DNA of 64,000 nt from a virus. How positions within the stretch are numbered: the stretch's first letter is position 1; every line of letters begins with the position of its first letter. The notes below the pieces were generated by a model. The model was not told where the DNA came from, ran no database searches, and worked only from the letters and a program-made list of their open reading frames with translations. The DNA is taken from positions 4,127 through 68,126 of the IMG/VR virus record IMGVR_UViG_3300025120_000037. One strand, given 5' to 3'. This document shows, one piece after another, positions 1 through 9,302 of this stretch. A program made the translations under genes and the position numbers.

Positions 1-546
1 TATGATATTGCGTCTACATACGACTCTAGTAGCGGTAAAATTATTATTGCTTTCAGAGATGCAGGTAATCTTGAATACGGTACAGCAATTGTTGGAACCG
101 TATCCGGTACCTCTATTTCATTTGCTACTGCTGTTGTGTTTGAGTCCGCAGTTTCTCAGCAAATATCCATTACTTACGACTCTACTAACAGTAACGCTGT
201 TATAGCTTACAAAGATGAGGGAAACTTACAGCATGGTACTGCCATTGTAGCTAATACTCTCGGCGGAACCACCTCCAGACCAACCCTAAACTCATACCCA
301 AATTTCCTCGGTATATCTCAATCCACCGTGGCGAGTGGCTCTCCTTGCCTCGTGAATTTACCTGGAGCTTTGTACACAGACCCAACAGCAGGTCTGACGA
401 CTGGCGAGTTTTATTACGTAGATCCAACAACTAGTGGTGTTACAGCAACATCAACTAAACCTGCTAGTTGGAACGGTCAAGTTCCCTGGAACTATATCGG
501 TCGCGCCGTTACTTCGAGCGGTTTGATGTTGCTCAAGTCAATCTGA
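1..546 (+). CDS. Tail fibre/receptor-binding protein, 5'-truncated paralog 1
   Basis: Frame is open from base 1 (YDIASTYDSSSGKIIIAFRDAGNLEYGTAIVGTVSGTSISF), the same blade repeat as 2831-4687. C-terminal NFLGI...YYVDPTTSG...GRAVTSSGL is shared with the next two paralogs. Confidence 0.7.
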   Translation, partial: YDIASTYDSSSGKIIIAFRDAGNLEYGTAIVGTVSGTSISFATAVVFESAVSQQISITYDSTNSNAVIAYKDEGNLQHGTAIVANTLGGTTSRPTLNSYPNFLGISQSTVASGSPCLVNLPGALYTDPTAGLTTGEFYYVDPTTSGVTATSTKPASWNGQVPWNYIGRAVTSSGLMLLKSI

Positions 547-580
547 CCCAGGCTAAAGTGTATTTAAAGGTCACAAAATT

Positions 581-2473
581 ATGGTAGTCCGGCGTCCTGT
601 TGTTTCTGTTAGTGGCCTTCGGACTGAGTTACCTCCTGGTGACACGATTGTAGGTGCTTCTCCTGGAAGTATAGTTTCTGGCAGTGGTATTGCCGTAGAT
701 GGTGCTGGAAATTTAGGAGCGGTTGTTGAACTAGACGTTGCTATAGCACCGAATCCCAGCGGTTTAATTATTGTCGGCAATAAACTGGCAAATGACGGTT
801 CTGCGCTGCGTACAGCACAAACAGCATTAGCCAGTGGTAATCAAGCATTAGAAATTGCAGAATATGCATTAGCAAGCGGTAACGCTGCTATTTCTGTATC
901 CGCTACTGCTCTAGCTAGCGGTAATGCTGCTCTGGTTGATATCGCTGCGAAGCCTACTGCCGTTGAGGCTGGTTTTACAGCAGCGAGCACGATTGCTGTG
1001 AGTAATGTTGTTGGTCTTGATGATACATATAGGGTTCAGGCTATCCGAAATGTTGAACAACCAGCTACAGACCCCGTGGTATATAGTAATACGCAAGCAT
1101 CAGTATTTGGGAATAGTAATACACAAGAGTATTGTTGTTATCAGTCAAATCAGGATAAATTTATTGTTGTTTATCGTGATGATGCGAGCGGTTCATACAA
1201 TGGGGTCGCACAATTATGTACCGTAGATTCCAGTAATGGAGATTGTGCTCTTGCTGGTAGCTCAACGTCGTTTCATGCTAATTTTTCAGACGGTAATTAT
1301 GTCGTAGATATCCCCGGTACGGCTAATTTTCTTGTTACCTATAGGAATGGTCAAAGTGGTACAGACGACGTACGTGTCGTAGTTGGGGCTATTTCTGGCA
1401 CAAGCATCACATTTGGAACTTATGCAAACGTCACAAGCGGTAATTCGAGCGTTTACTGCGTGATCGGTTATGACTCTGCTCGAAGTGAGTTTATTTTTAA
1501 CTACTACAGAAACGCCACTAGTACTCAGTATTACAAAATTGGTACTGTTTCAGGAACTACACCAACTCTTGGAGGTGAGATAGCATCACCATTTACAAAC
1601 GATATTCAAAATTATGCGTGCGCCGTAATTACAGATTTAGGAAGTAGTAATCTCATGTTTACCCAACGTGATACTAGTAATAGTAATTACGGTACTTCAA
1701 TTATCGGTACTAACGACGGTTCGTCTATTACTTTCGGAACCAAGTACGTTTTTGAAAGTAACAGCACTGCCTCTATTGCTGTTTCATATGACTCAGCAAA
1801 CAGTAAAGCATTAATTGCATACAGACCCGGCGGTGGAGCTAATGCTGACGACGGCGTAGCTAAAGTCGCGTCCATCAGCGGTACCACAATAACTTTTGGA
1901 ACCTTAGCTGTGTTCGCAGCTAATATCACTATCTCTCAGTATGTGAGCTCTTTCTACGATAGTGATGTTGAGAGACACGTAATTACTTACGCTGATGCAG
2001 ACTCCAGCAACTACCCTAAAACTAAGTGCGCGATCGTAACTGGTACTACCGTCACCTACGAAACAGCGGCTACTATCTATTCCTCCTCAGTAACCGATTA
2101 TATACAGGCAGCTTATAGGAACTCTACTAATCAAAATTTTGTAACACTTTCGCCTGGTAACCTGCTAAGAGCTTTTGGCTCTCAACCTCTTTTAGGAACC
2201 TCTACTATACCTACTGTTGGATCCCAGCAAAACTTTATAGGTATAGCGCAAACTGCAGCAGCAAGTGGGTCAGCTGTGACCGTAGCATTCCCCGGATCTG
2301 CTCAAACAGGTTTTACTGGCTTACTTGCTGGCTCTGGTTATTACGTTGATCCGACAACCAGCGGATTTACTACAACTTCGACCCAACCCACCACGTGGTC
2401 GGGAGCAGTTAACTGGGGTGTGGTTGGCCGAGCGGTTAACTCCACTACCTTGTTGCTGACTGATATGCTTTAG
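581..2473 (+). CDS. Tail fibre/receptor-binding protein, paralog 2 (diverged propeller-like repeats)
   Basis: ALASGN repeats, degenerate YDS...VGxISGTSITFG blades, shared C-terminal domain. Confidence 0.7.
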   Translation: MVVRRPVVSVSGLRTELPPGDTIVGASPGSIVSGSGIAVDGAGNLGAVVELDVAIAPNPSGLIIVGNKLANDGSALRTAQTALASGNQALEIAEYALASGNAAISVSATALASGNAALVDIAAKPTAVEAGFTAASTIAVSNVVGLDDTYRVQAIRNVEQPATDPVVYSNTQASVFGNSNTQEYCCYQSNQDKFIVVYRDDASGSYNGVAQLCTVDSSNGDCALAGSSTSFHANFSDGNYVVDIPGTANFLVTYRNGQSGTDDVRVVVGAISGTSITFGTYANVTSGNSSVYCVIGYDSARSEFIFNYYRNATSTQYYKIGTVSGTTPTLGGEIASPFTNDIQNYACAVITDLGSSNLMFTQRDTSNSNYGTSIIGTNDGSSITFGTKYVFESNSTASIAVSYDSANSKALIAYRPGGGANADDGVAKVASISGTTITFGTLAVFAANITISQYVSSFYDSDVERHVITYADADSSNYPKTKCAIVTGTTVTYETAATIYSSSVTDYIQAAYRNSTNQNFVTLSPGNLLRAFGSQPLLGTSTIPTVGSQQNFIGIAQTAAASGSAVTVAFPGSAQTGFTGLLAGSGYYVDPTTSGFTTTSTQPTTWSGAVNWGVVGRAVNSTTLLLTDML

Positions 2474-2505
2474 TCGGTTACACTGTTTTAGTGCTCGAGA
2501 GCCTC

Positions 2506-2790
2506 ATGAAAACTATTTGCCGCCTGGGTGACTTTCAAGTCCCGAACGTTAGTGTATACCTGTATGCCGACGACAAACAGATTCTGATTGAGTCGGATAA
2601 AACTACGATTGGCGATCCTAGTAATCCTGATTTGTACATCATGGATTGCACCACATCCAACTGTGTGTTGAATGAGGGTGTTACTGAGCCTACTGAGTGG
2701 TTCGGTTGGAAGTACACCTTTACGGACGCTGGCGGCTGGGTCCTAAATCCTGAGTGGGTTGATCCTCGTGTAGAACTAGAAACTGAATAG
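2506..2790 (+). CDS. Small fibre-associated protein (possible chaperone)
   Basis: Lies between fibre genes; W-x-G-x-KY...W-x-LNP-x-W motif typical of phage fibre-adjacent proteins; ATG 2506 preferred over GTG 2491. Confidence 0.5.
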   Translation: MKTICRLGDFQVPNVSVYLYADDKQILIESDKTTIGDPSNPDLYIMDCTTSNCVLNEGVTEPTEWFGWKYTFTDAGGWVLNPEWVDPRVELETE

Positions 2791-2830
2791 TAAGTTTATC
2801 GGATAAAATAAAATAAACTAGGTAGTAGTA

Positions 2831-4687
2831 ATGGCTGAGAAACTCCCTCTTGTTTACGTAGATGGGCAGCTCAGTCAGCTCCCTACAGGAGATACAGCTG
2901 ATGGAGCTTCACTTGGTTCGCTTACCGCTGGTAGTGGTCTAGTTGGTGGTGGGGATTTACAAACTGGTAATAAAAGACTTGATGTTGCACTTGCTTCCAG
3001 CGCTAGCGGTGTAATTTTCGTCGGCGATTCTATCGGTATGGATGGTGCCGATCTTGTAGTTGCAAGTGCTGCATTAGCTTCTGGGGTCGCTGGTTCTAGT
3101 GCTTCTGCGATTGCCTTAGCCAGCGGTGTGGCAGCTCAATCAGACGCAAATACTGCCCTTGCTTCGGGTAATGCCGCATTAGATCTTGCAGTCAATTTTT
3201 CGAGTAGTAGTTCTGTAGAACTAACAGCTTCCAGTGTTATCCAGGCAGGTAATCCTGTTGGTTTGGATGATCTAGGTAAAGCTAGTGTTATTACTAGTGT
3301 TACTAGTGGAGATAGCAGGACTTATGGGTCAACAGTTGTTTTTAACACTGCTGAATCTGGAAGCATCTTCTCCACCTACGACTCCACAAATAATCGAGTC
3401 GTCATAGCTTATAAAGATGACGCAAACTCAAATTACGGTACTGCCATTGTAGGCACTGTCTCCGGTACATCTATTTCATTCGGTACTGCAGTTGTTTTTG
3501 AGTCGGGTAATACCGGTGCAATCTCCAGTACCTACGACTCTACAAATGATCGAGTCGTTATAACTTATTCAGATTCTCCAAATTCAGAATACGGTACTGC
3601 AATCGTCGGTACTGTTTCTGGTACTTCTATTTCATTCGGTACTGCAGTTGTTTTTGAATCTGCTGCTACTTATAGCACCGCTGTCACCTACGACTCTACA
3701 AATAATCGAGTCGTTATAGCTTATCAAGACGGCGGAAACTCAAGTTATGGTACTGCAATCGTTGGTACTGTTTCCGGTACCTCTATTTCATTCGGTACTG
3801 CAGTTGTTTTTGAAACTGCTAGTGCTGCCTACCTCTCCACTACCTACGACTCTACAAATGATCGAGTCGTTATAAGTTATAGAGACGACGGAAACTCAAG
3901 TTACGGTACTGCAATTGTTGGTACTGTTTCCGGTACTTCTATATCATTCGGTACTGCAGTTGTTTTTAATAGCAGTGGTAGCACTAACCATAATTCCGCC
4001 ATCTACGACTCTACAAATGATCGAGTCGTTATAGCTTATGAAGACGGCGGAAACTCAGGTTACGGTACTGCCATTGTAGGGACTGTTTCTGGTACATCTA
4101 TTTCATTTGGTACTGCAGTTGTTTTTGAATCTGCTGCTTCTACCTACCTCTCTGCCATCTACGACTCTCCAAATGATCGAGTCGTTATAGCTTATCAAGA
4201 CCAAGGTAACTCAGGTTACGGTACTGCCATTGTAGGGACTGTTTCTGGTACATCTATTTCATTTGGTACTGCAGTTGTTTTTAGTGGAACTGGTTATGTT
4301 TACTTTGTCTCCGCTACCTACGACTCTACAAATGATCGAGTGGTAGTAGCTTTCAGAAACGACGGTAACTCACGTTATGGTACTGCCGTAGTCGGGTCTC
4401 CTGGTTCCTCAACCTTTCCCACAATTTCTTCTTACAACAACTTTATAGGCAGCGCTCAAACAACCGTGGCGAGCGGAGAGCCAGTCACTATTAATGTTCC
4501 TCGTTCCATTGGTTACAATAATACTGGTTTATCTACAGGGTATTTCTATTACGTAGATCCAACTACAAGTGGGTATACGACTGCTTCAGGTGAACCTTCA
4601 ACTTGGACTGCAGATCCTTCTTTTCCTTGGGGTCCTATTGCTAAAGCAGTCTCTTCTTCTGGTCTTCTTATTCTTGAGACAATTTAA
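2831..4687 (+). CDS. Tail fibre/receptor-binding protein, paralog 3 with seven 52-53 aa repeats
   Basis: Same N- and C-terminal domains as paralog 2; seven near-identical internal repeats. Confidence 0.75.
   Translation: MAEKLPLVYVDGQLSQLPTGDTADGASLGSLTAGSGLVGGGDLQTGNKRLDVALASSASGVIFVGDSIGMDGADLVVASAALASGVAGSSASAIALASGVAAQSDANTALASGNAALDLAVNFSSSSSVELTASSVIQAGNPVGLDDLGKASVITSVTSGDSRTYGSTVVFNTAESGSIFSTYDSTNNRVVIAYKDDANSNYGTAIVGTVSGTSISFGTAVVFESGNTGAISSTYDSTNDRVVITYSDSPNSEYGTAIVGTVSGTSISFGTAVVFESAATYSTAVTYDSTNNRVVIAYQDGGNSSYGTAIVGTVSGTSISFGTAVVFETASAAYLSTTYDSTNDRVVISYRDDGNSSYGTAIVGTVSGTSISFGTAVVFNSSGSTNHNSAIYDSTNDRVVIAYEDGGNSGYGTAIVGTVSGTSISFGTAVVFESAASTYLSAIYDSPNDRVVIAYQDQGNSGYGTAIVGTVSGTSISFGTAVVFSGTGYVYFVSATYDSTNDRVVVAFRNDGNSRYGTAVVGSPGSSTFPTISSYNNFIGSAQTTVASGEPVTINVPRSIGYNNTGLSTGYFYYVDPTTSGYTTASGEPSTWTADPSFPWGPIAKAVSSSGLLILETI
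3377..4400 (+). repeat. Coding tandem repeat, 7 units of 156-159 bp
   Basis: TACGACTC units start at about 3377, 3533, 3689, 3845, 4004, 4160 and 4319. Confidence 0.95.
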
Positions 4688-4740
4688 ACATTGTAGATAT
4701 TGATAATATTTAGTTAGAATATGTACATCTAAACGCGCAC

Positions 4741-5127
4741 GTGCCTGTGAGCGAAAATGATCTTGTATTCAACCTTTGTTGTTTACAGAAACGGTCTGCT
4801 CGTAAGCGATTTAGAAAAAGTATTCTCGATAAGTGGCCTGATTGCGCGTACTGCGGACGTTCAAAACCCAGTACGTTAGATCACGTTTTAGCTCAGTCAA
4901 AAGGTGGTAAAAACGAGCGCCACAACCTTGTTGGTTGCTGCGGTGAGTGTAACTTAATAAAAAGCGACACACCGTGGTTCGTGTGGTACAGGAGTCAAGA
5001 CTTTTGGACAATCGAAAGGGAAGAAAAAATTCTTAACTGGGTTAACCAGCAAGAAATAGAATCCTCCCTTCCACTGCTTACTGATTGGATGGAGTATGAA
5101 ACGCTTCTTCTTCCGAAGACCGCATAA
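4741..5127 (+). CDS. HNH endonuclease
   Basis: CAYCG...TLDHV...KGG...NLVGCCGECNLIKS. Confidence 0.9.
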   Translation: MPVSENDLVFNLCCLQKRSARKRFRKSILDKWPDCAYCGRSKPSTLDHVLAQSKGGKNERHNLVGCCGECNLIKSDTPWFVWYRSQDFWTIEREEKILNWVNQQEIESSLPLLTDWMEYETLLLPKTA

Positions 5128-5304
5128 TCACTTTTTAGCCACCTTGGTAATGATACCGGCAAACTTTTCAATAACTTTGTAGAAACGAGCATAAGCCTCG
5201 TTGTCTTTAGGCGTGGGGGTGATGTTAACAACCGCAAGAGCAAGAAAGTGAATAGCACCAGCGAGACCAACAATCTCACCCCAATTTGAAATCAAAAAAT
5301 CCAT
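5128..5304 (-). CDS. Small membrane protein (holin-like), 58 aa, not in ORF track
   Basis: Hand translation MDFLISNWGEIVGLAGAIHFLALAVVNITPTPKDNEAYARFYKVIEKFAGIITKVAKK; one hydrophobic helix then TPTPKD. Confidence 0.65.
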   Translation of the reverse strand: MDFLISNWGEIVGLAGAIHFLALAVVNITPTPKDNEAYARFYKVIEKFAGIITKVAKK

Positions 5305-5346
5305 GAGTTTTGAACAGCTACAATGTAACTATAGACCGTTAGTCGA

Positions 5347-5607
5347 ATGCCACAAATTCTTGAAGATGCTGTAAAAAGCATTATGAAAAAAAATCCGGGC
5401 ATGGAGAAATCTTCTGCCTATGCGATTGCTACAAAAAGTCTTCAAAAGTCTGGAGACCTTAAAGACGGAACAGTCCAAGCTACTAAAAAAGGTGATCACC
5501 GCGGCGAAATGAGTAAAGCTACTAGAGCCAAAACTCGTGCTAAAAAGTATAAAAACGAGCGTGAACGTGAAAAAACAGACAAGCGAAACACCAGTGGCAG
5601 GGATTAA
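5347..5607 (+). CDS. Small basic hypothetical protein
   Basis: ORF with SAYAIAT motif, Lys/Arg-rich. Confidence 0.7.
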   Translation: MPQILEDAVKSIMKKNPGMEKSSAYAIATKSLQKSGDLKDGTVQATKKGDHRGEMSKATRAKTRAKKYKNEREREKTDKRNTSGRD

Positions 5608-5647
5608 TGTTTAAAAGTAGATAAGATAGTAAAAAGTACTTTTCGCA

Positions 5648-5872
5648 ATGGCTGAGACTGCGAAGAAAAAACACCCTGAGAAATGGGCTCGTGCGAAGGC
5701 TAAAGCACGTAAAAAAATGGGCGGTCACTCTGCACGCGCTATGCAATTAGCGACAAAATACTATAAAGATATGGGCGGAAAATACCAAGGTAAAAAGTCA
5801 AGTAAAAACAAACTTTCAAAATGGGGTAAAGAAGACTGGCAAACTCGTGAAGAGCACGAGAAGAAAAATTAA
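5648..5872 (+). CDS. Basic protein resembling the N-terminal half of DUF5872
   Basis: HSARAMQLA..YYKDMGGKY...LSKWGKEDWQT. Confidence 0.6.
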   Translation: MAETAKKKHPEKWARAKAKARKKMGGHSARAMQLATKYYKDMGGKYQGKKSSKNKLSKWGKEDWQTREEHEKKN

Positions 5873-5977
5873 TCCCATGAGTAACCTTCAAAGCGAACTA
5901 TTTCTAGATAAAAGCATCTCAGACACATAAAGGCCAAGCTAATAGACTTGAGATGCTTAAAAATTCTTTGGGAGGAT

Positions 5978-6193
5978 ATGGCCGATAAAGCGAGAGAAAA
6001 AGGACGCACTGAGCGTTACCTCCCTAAATCAGCGTGGGCTTCAATGTCTGCTGAGGAAAGAAAAGCTACCGATGAAAAAAAGAAAGCGGCCACACGAGGC
6101 AAACCAGTGAATACTCATGTAGCGAATACTGAGACAGCCAAGCGGGCAGGCAAAAAAGCTCGTGCGTACAAAGCATCTAAAAACAATGGCTAA
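5978..6193 (+). CDS. Basic protein resembling the C-terminal half of DUF5872
   Basis: ERYLPKSAW..MSAEERKAT..KK; GGAGG immediately upstream of ATG 5978. Confidence 0.6.
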   Translation: MADKAREKGRTERYLPKSAWASMSAEERKATDEKKKAATRGKPVNTHVANTETAKRAGKKARAYKASKNNG

Positions 6194-6320
6194 GCAAGGA
6201 ACCTGCTGGGACGGTTACGTTCAAGAAGGAATGAAAAAGAAAGGGGATCGGATGGTCCCCAACTGTGTACGTAAATCCGCTAAGAAGAAATCACGCAAGT
6301 ACAAAAACAATAAGCGCTAG
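6186..6320 (+). CDS. Tiny basic protein with CWxGY...VPNCV motif, 44 aa
   Basis: Hand translation MAKQGTCWDGYVQEGMKKKGDRMVPNCVRKSAKKKSRKYKNNKR. Confidence 0.65.
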   Translation: MAKQGTCWDGYVQEGMKKKGDRMVPNCVRKSAKKKSRKYKNNKR

Positions 6321-6649
6321 AAATTCGTATCTGACGGACGTGGCTCTTTAGCCCAGGTTGCTTTTACTCTAATCGGACCACCCAGAATCTCTTGTACAGG
6401 TGATCCGTCTGAGGGTTCTTCAATATACGTGAAAGAATTTTTTTTCTCTTCTTCGTCCCAAGCCTGGTGTATTTCGTCAATATCCTCTTCGAGCTCAGTC
6501 ATCACTATTTGAGTTCTGAACTCTGCCCAATCGTCCACACAATTAATAACAGCTCTCTTAATCCAAGGATTAGCTTTAATACCTGGCCAGAAACGAGAAA
6601 TAAATAGTATAAGCTCATACATTAGAGCGTTTACACGGTTGTAGCTCAT
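6317..6649 (-). CDS. Hypothetical protein
   Basis: 110-aa ORF filling the gap. Confidence 0.6.
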   Translation of the reverse strand: MSYNRVNALMYELILFISRFWPGIKANPWIKRAVINCVDDWAEFRTQIVMTELEEDIDEIHQAWDEEEKKNSFTYIEEPSDGSPVQEILGGPIRVKATWAKEPRPSDTNF

Positions 6650-6686
6650 CCTGGTGCCTCTCTATGTTCGTGAACACACTAGAAAT

Positions 6687-7166
6687 CTAGCCCCAATATA
6701 GATTTCCGCTACCATCGTTTCGTAAAGCTTGACCTGCTGTGCCCTGGTTTTCAGGTAACACAATGATGTATGTAGCGCTTGCTGCGTGAGGAGGGGATTT
6801 AATAGTCACACCGTGGCTATTTGCCCGACAGTTAAGGACAAGTGCTGCGTCGTTACTTCCTGCACCTTTAAGGGTATACACGCCACTTACTGTATTATCT
6901 AATGTGATACCCCCTGCAAAGCTTAGTTCACCGTTAAAAGGAGCTGCTCCTGAACCAGCTGGAGATACGATACCTGCCGTAATCGCAGTGTTCATGATCC
7001 CCGAGATGGACATTTTTCTCGGTTGTGCGTCCGCTTGAATTTGTGTTGTGTCTAGCACAGGGAGTATGGCATCCTGGCTAGCTGAGTCATACTGCTGCAG
7101 TTCATGAGTTTTAAGGATTTCACGTCCCCATTCTCTAGCTGTGCTCAAGTCTCTTTTTCCTGTCAT
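6687..7166 (-). CDS. Virion fibre-like protein
   Basis: LNC..NSHGVTIKSPPH..ATY..VLP...G..GQ.L..DGSGNL.W module typical of phage fibres. Confidence 0.6.
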   Translation of the reverse strand: MTGKRDLSTAREWGREILKTHELQQYDSASQDAILPVLDTTQIQADAQPRKMSISGIMNTAITAGIVSPAGSGAAPFNGELSFAGGITLDNTVSGVYTLKGAGSNDAALVLNCRANSHGVTIKSPPHAASATYIIVLPENQGTAGQALRNDGSGNLYWG

Positions 7167-7237
7167 TTTAGTAAAGTCACTAGTTTTTATATTTTAAACG
7201 GCTGCGCTATTATTAATTTAAACAGAGTTAATTAATC

Positions 7238-7639
7238 GTGGCCGAATTCAATTTTAATCGTGAGCTTGGCGCTAATCCCGAGGGAATTACTCGGTTTAGG
7301 CAGAACAGATCTGCAGATGGTGGAAATATTACCATTAATTACACCACGGAAGATACTTCCGAAGGTTCTGAAGGTCGTGCGGATCTTTACGCAGTCACAT
7401 CCTCAGCTACTGGAACCGGTACCGTCACTCTTCAAGCTGGCTCTTCAGCTGTTAGTCGTGTCTACATTCGAAGCGGTGCTGACGGCACTGTTATGGGAGA
7501 GTTAAACTCTCCTAAGATTTCTAACCGACAGGACGTTTCCTTTACTTTTTCTGTGGGAGCAAGTGTCGAGAATTACCTATACGTAGAAAAAACTGATCGA
7601 TCTCCTTGCGTTTATCGAGTAACTTATACAGCAGCTTGA
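7238..7639 (+). CDS. Hypothetical beta-rich (virion?) protein
   Basis: 133-aa ORF; TATTAT 24 nt upstream. Confidence 0.65.
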   Translation: MAEFNFNRELGANPEGITRFRQNRSADGGNITINYTTEDTSEGSEGRADLYAVTSSATGTGTVTLQAGSSAVSRVYIRSGADGTVMGELNSPKISNRQDVSFTFSVGASVENYLYVEKTDRSPCVYRVTYTAA

Positions 7640-8022
7640 TTAAGAGATTAGTCAGGTCAATAAATGCCTTTCCTAAAAAATTTGGAGAGGCTTGGGTACC
7701 GTGCATGCTTGCTATGACGCAAGGTGATTTATCTGTTGTCACCTGGAAACACGTAACAGTTGCATATACTGTTGGTATACGTACAGCTATATTTTATAGT
7801 TTTTGTGTATTGTTGTTAGGTACTATTAAACCTACACAGAGCATAATTTTTACAGGATTTTTAACATTTATTGCTGACTTAGCGACACACCCGACTCACT
7901 TTGGTCCTTTTTGGTTGGAAGCACTTGTTACCGGACTCGGCGCTTCAGCAATGTGTTTTGCTGTCGAAAAAATTAGAATCAAATTAAATCGTAATTCGAG
8001 ATACAAACATGAGATTGAGTAG
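7606..8022 (+). CDS. Multi-pass membrane protein upstream of the endolysin (holin candidate); start uncertain
   Basis: 3-4 hydrophobic segments; overlaps the endolysin start. Confidence 0.55.
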   Translation: MRLSSNLYSSLIKRLVRSINAFPKKFGEAWVPCMLAMTQGDLSVVTWKHVTVAYTVGIRTAIFYSFCVLLLGTIKPTQSIIFTGFLTFIADLATHPTHFGPFWLEALVTGLGASAMCFAVEKIRIKLNRNSRYKHEIE

Positions 8023-9238
8023 AAAAGGTCTTGACTTAATTAAAAAATTTGAAGGGTTGCGTCTTACTAGTTATAAGTGTGCGGCAGATGTCGATACAAT
8101 CGGCTATGGGCATACGGGCTCTGACGTATACCCAGGTCAAAAAATAAACAAAGAAGAAGCTGAAAAATTACTGCTAGGAGATACTGAGAGCTCCCAGCAA
8201 TGTGTAAGCTCTTTTGTTTCTATAAAAGTAAATCAGAATGAATACGATGCTTTAGTAAGTTTTGTTTTTAATGTTGGTTGTACTGCTTTCGTACACTCTA
8301 CATTATTAAAATTATTAAATCAGAACACCCCACGTGCAATAGTTGCAGAGCAGTTTGATCGCTGGGTCAAAGCTGGTTCTGATGAAGCTGTGCCCGGACT
8401 AGTAAGAAGACGCAAAGAAGAAAAAGAACTATTCTTATCAGAAGCTAAGCACCCTCTTTTGAAACGGAGTATTTACGCTAAAAACGATACGTACCTTAAG
8501 GCACGTCCAGTTGATTCAAGCACTCTTGAACCTGAGCAAAAACTTTTCGTACCAAAAGGATCTGCGTGGCAGTGGACAGAAATACGTATGTATACAGGAG
8601 AAAAACATCACCGAGTTTTTCTAGAAGGTAGTGCTGAGCAAGAGTGGTGGATGTGGCCTGACCATTGGAAGATTATTAATGATGTTGACGAGCCTACCTT
8701 AAAACAAAATAAGGGTATCAAGTTAGATGTGCCGTACTACTCTCAACGAGACAATGCAGTTGACCCGATGCGTACTTGTTTCTCAAGTTCGTGCGCGATG
8801 CTTGTAAGTGGGCTTTATCCAGACATTATTAAGGGTGACGACGAATATATTGAGGAAGTTTTTTCTATTGGGGACACCACAGAGGCGTGGGTACAGATAG
8901 ATGCCCTTAAACACTTTGGTGTAAATGCTAAGTTTGTTCAAAACGCAGGTTGGGATGCTATTGAAGAAAAACTAAAAAAAGATATCCCAGTACCTATTGG
9001 AATTCTGCACAAGGGGTCCGTTTCACAGCCATCTGGAGGAGGTCACTGGATATGTGTAGTGGGCGTTACAGAAGACAGGAAAAGTTACTGGGTTCACGAT
9101 CCCTTCGGAGAGCTTGACTTAATTTCTGGCTCATACGCTAATACTGATGGTAAGTATAAAATTTATTCCAAAAAGAATTTAGGTCCTCGCTGGCTTGTTG
9201 AAGGAAGTAAGTCAGGCTGGGCTGTTCTTACTGACTGA
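8009..9238 (+). CDS. Endolysin: GH24 lysozyme plus C39-like peptidase domain
   Basis: FEGLRL..Y......TIGYGHT, ALVSFVFNVG, GLVRRRKEE; C-terminal YYSQRDN...CFSSSCAM...GHW...HDP. Confidence 0.9.
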   Translation: MRLSRKGLDLIKKFEGLRLTSYKCAADVDTIGYGHTGSDVYPGQKINKEEAEKLLLGDTESSQQCVSSFVSIKVNQNEYDALVSFVFNVGCTAFVHSTLLKLLNQNTPRAIVAEQFDRWVKAGSDEAVPGLVRRRKEEKELFLSEAKHPLLKRSIYAKNDTYLKARPVDSSTLEPEQKLFVPKGSAWQWTEIRMYTGEKHHRVFLEGSAEQEWWMWPDHWKIINDVDEPTLKQNKGIKLDVPYYSQRDNAVDPMRTCFSSSCAMLVSGLYPDIIKGDDEYIEEVFSIGDTTEAWVQIDALKHFGVNAKFVQNAGWDAIEEKLKKDIPVPIGILHKGSVSQPSGGGHWICVVGVTEDRKSYWVHDPFGELDLISGSYANTDGKYKIYSKKNLGPRWLVEGSKSGWAVLTD

Positions 9239-9254
9239 GTGCTACAGTTGGTTT

Positions 9255-9288
9255 CCCTTCTTTCCCGCCAGAAAGGAGGGTTTATTTT
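9255..9288 (+). terminator. Hairpin/possible intrinsic terminator after the endolysin
   Basis: CCCTTCTTTC-N6-GAAAGGAGGG followed by TTTATTTT. Confidence 0.5.
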
Positions 9289-9302
9289 GAAACATTATTA
9301 TT

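Noticed and set aside
3377-4400. CRISPR array or diversity-generating retroelement
   Set aside because: Units are 156-159 bp in-frame coding repeats; differences are not adenine-specific; no cas or reverse transcriptase gene is in the window.
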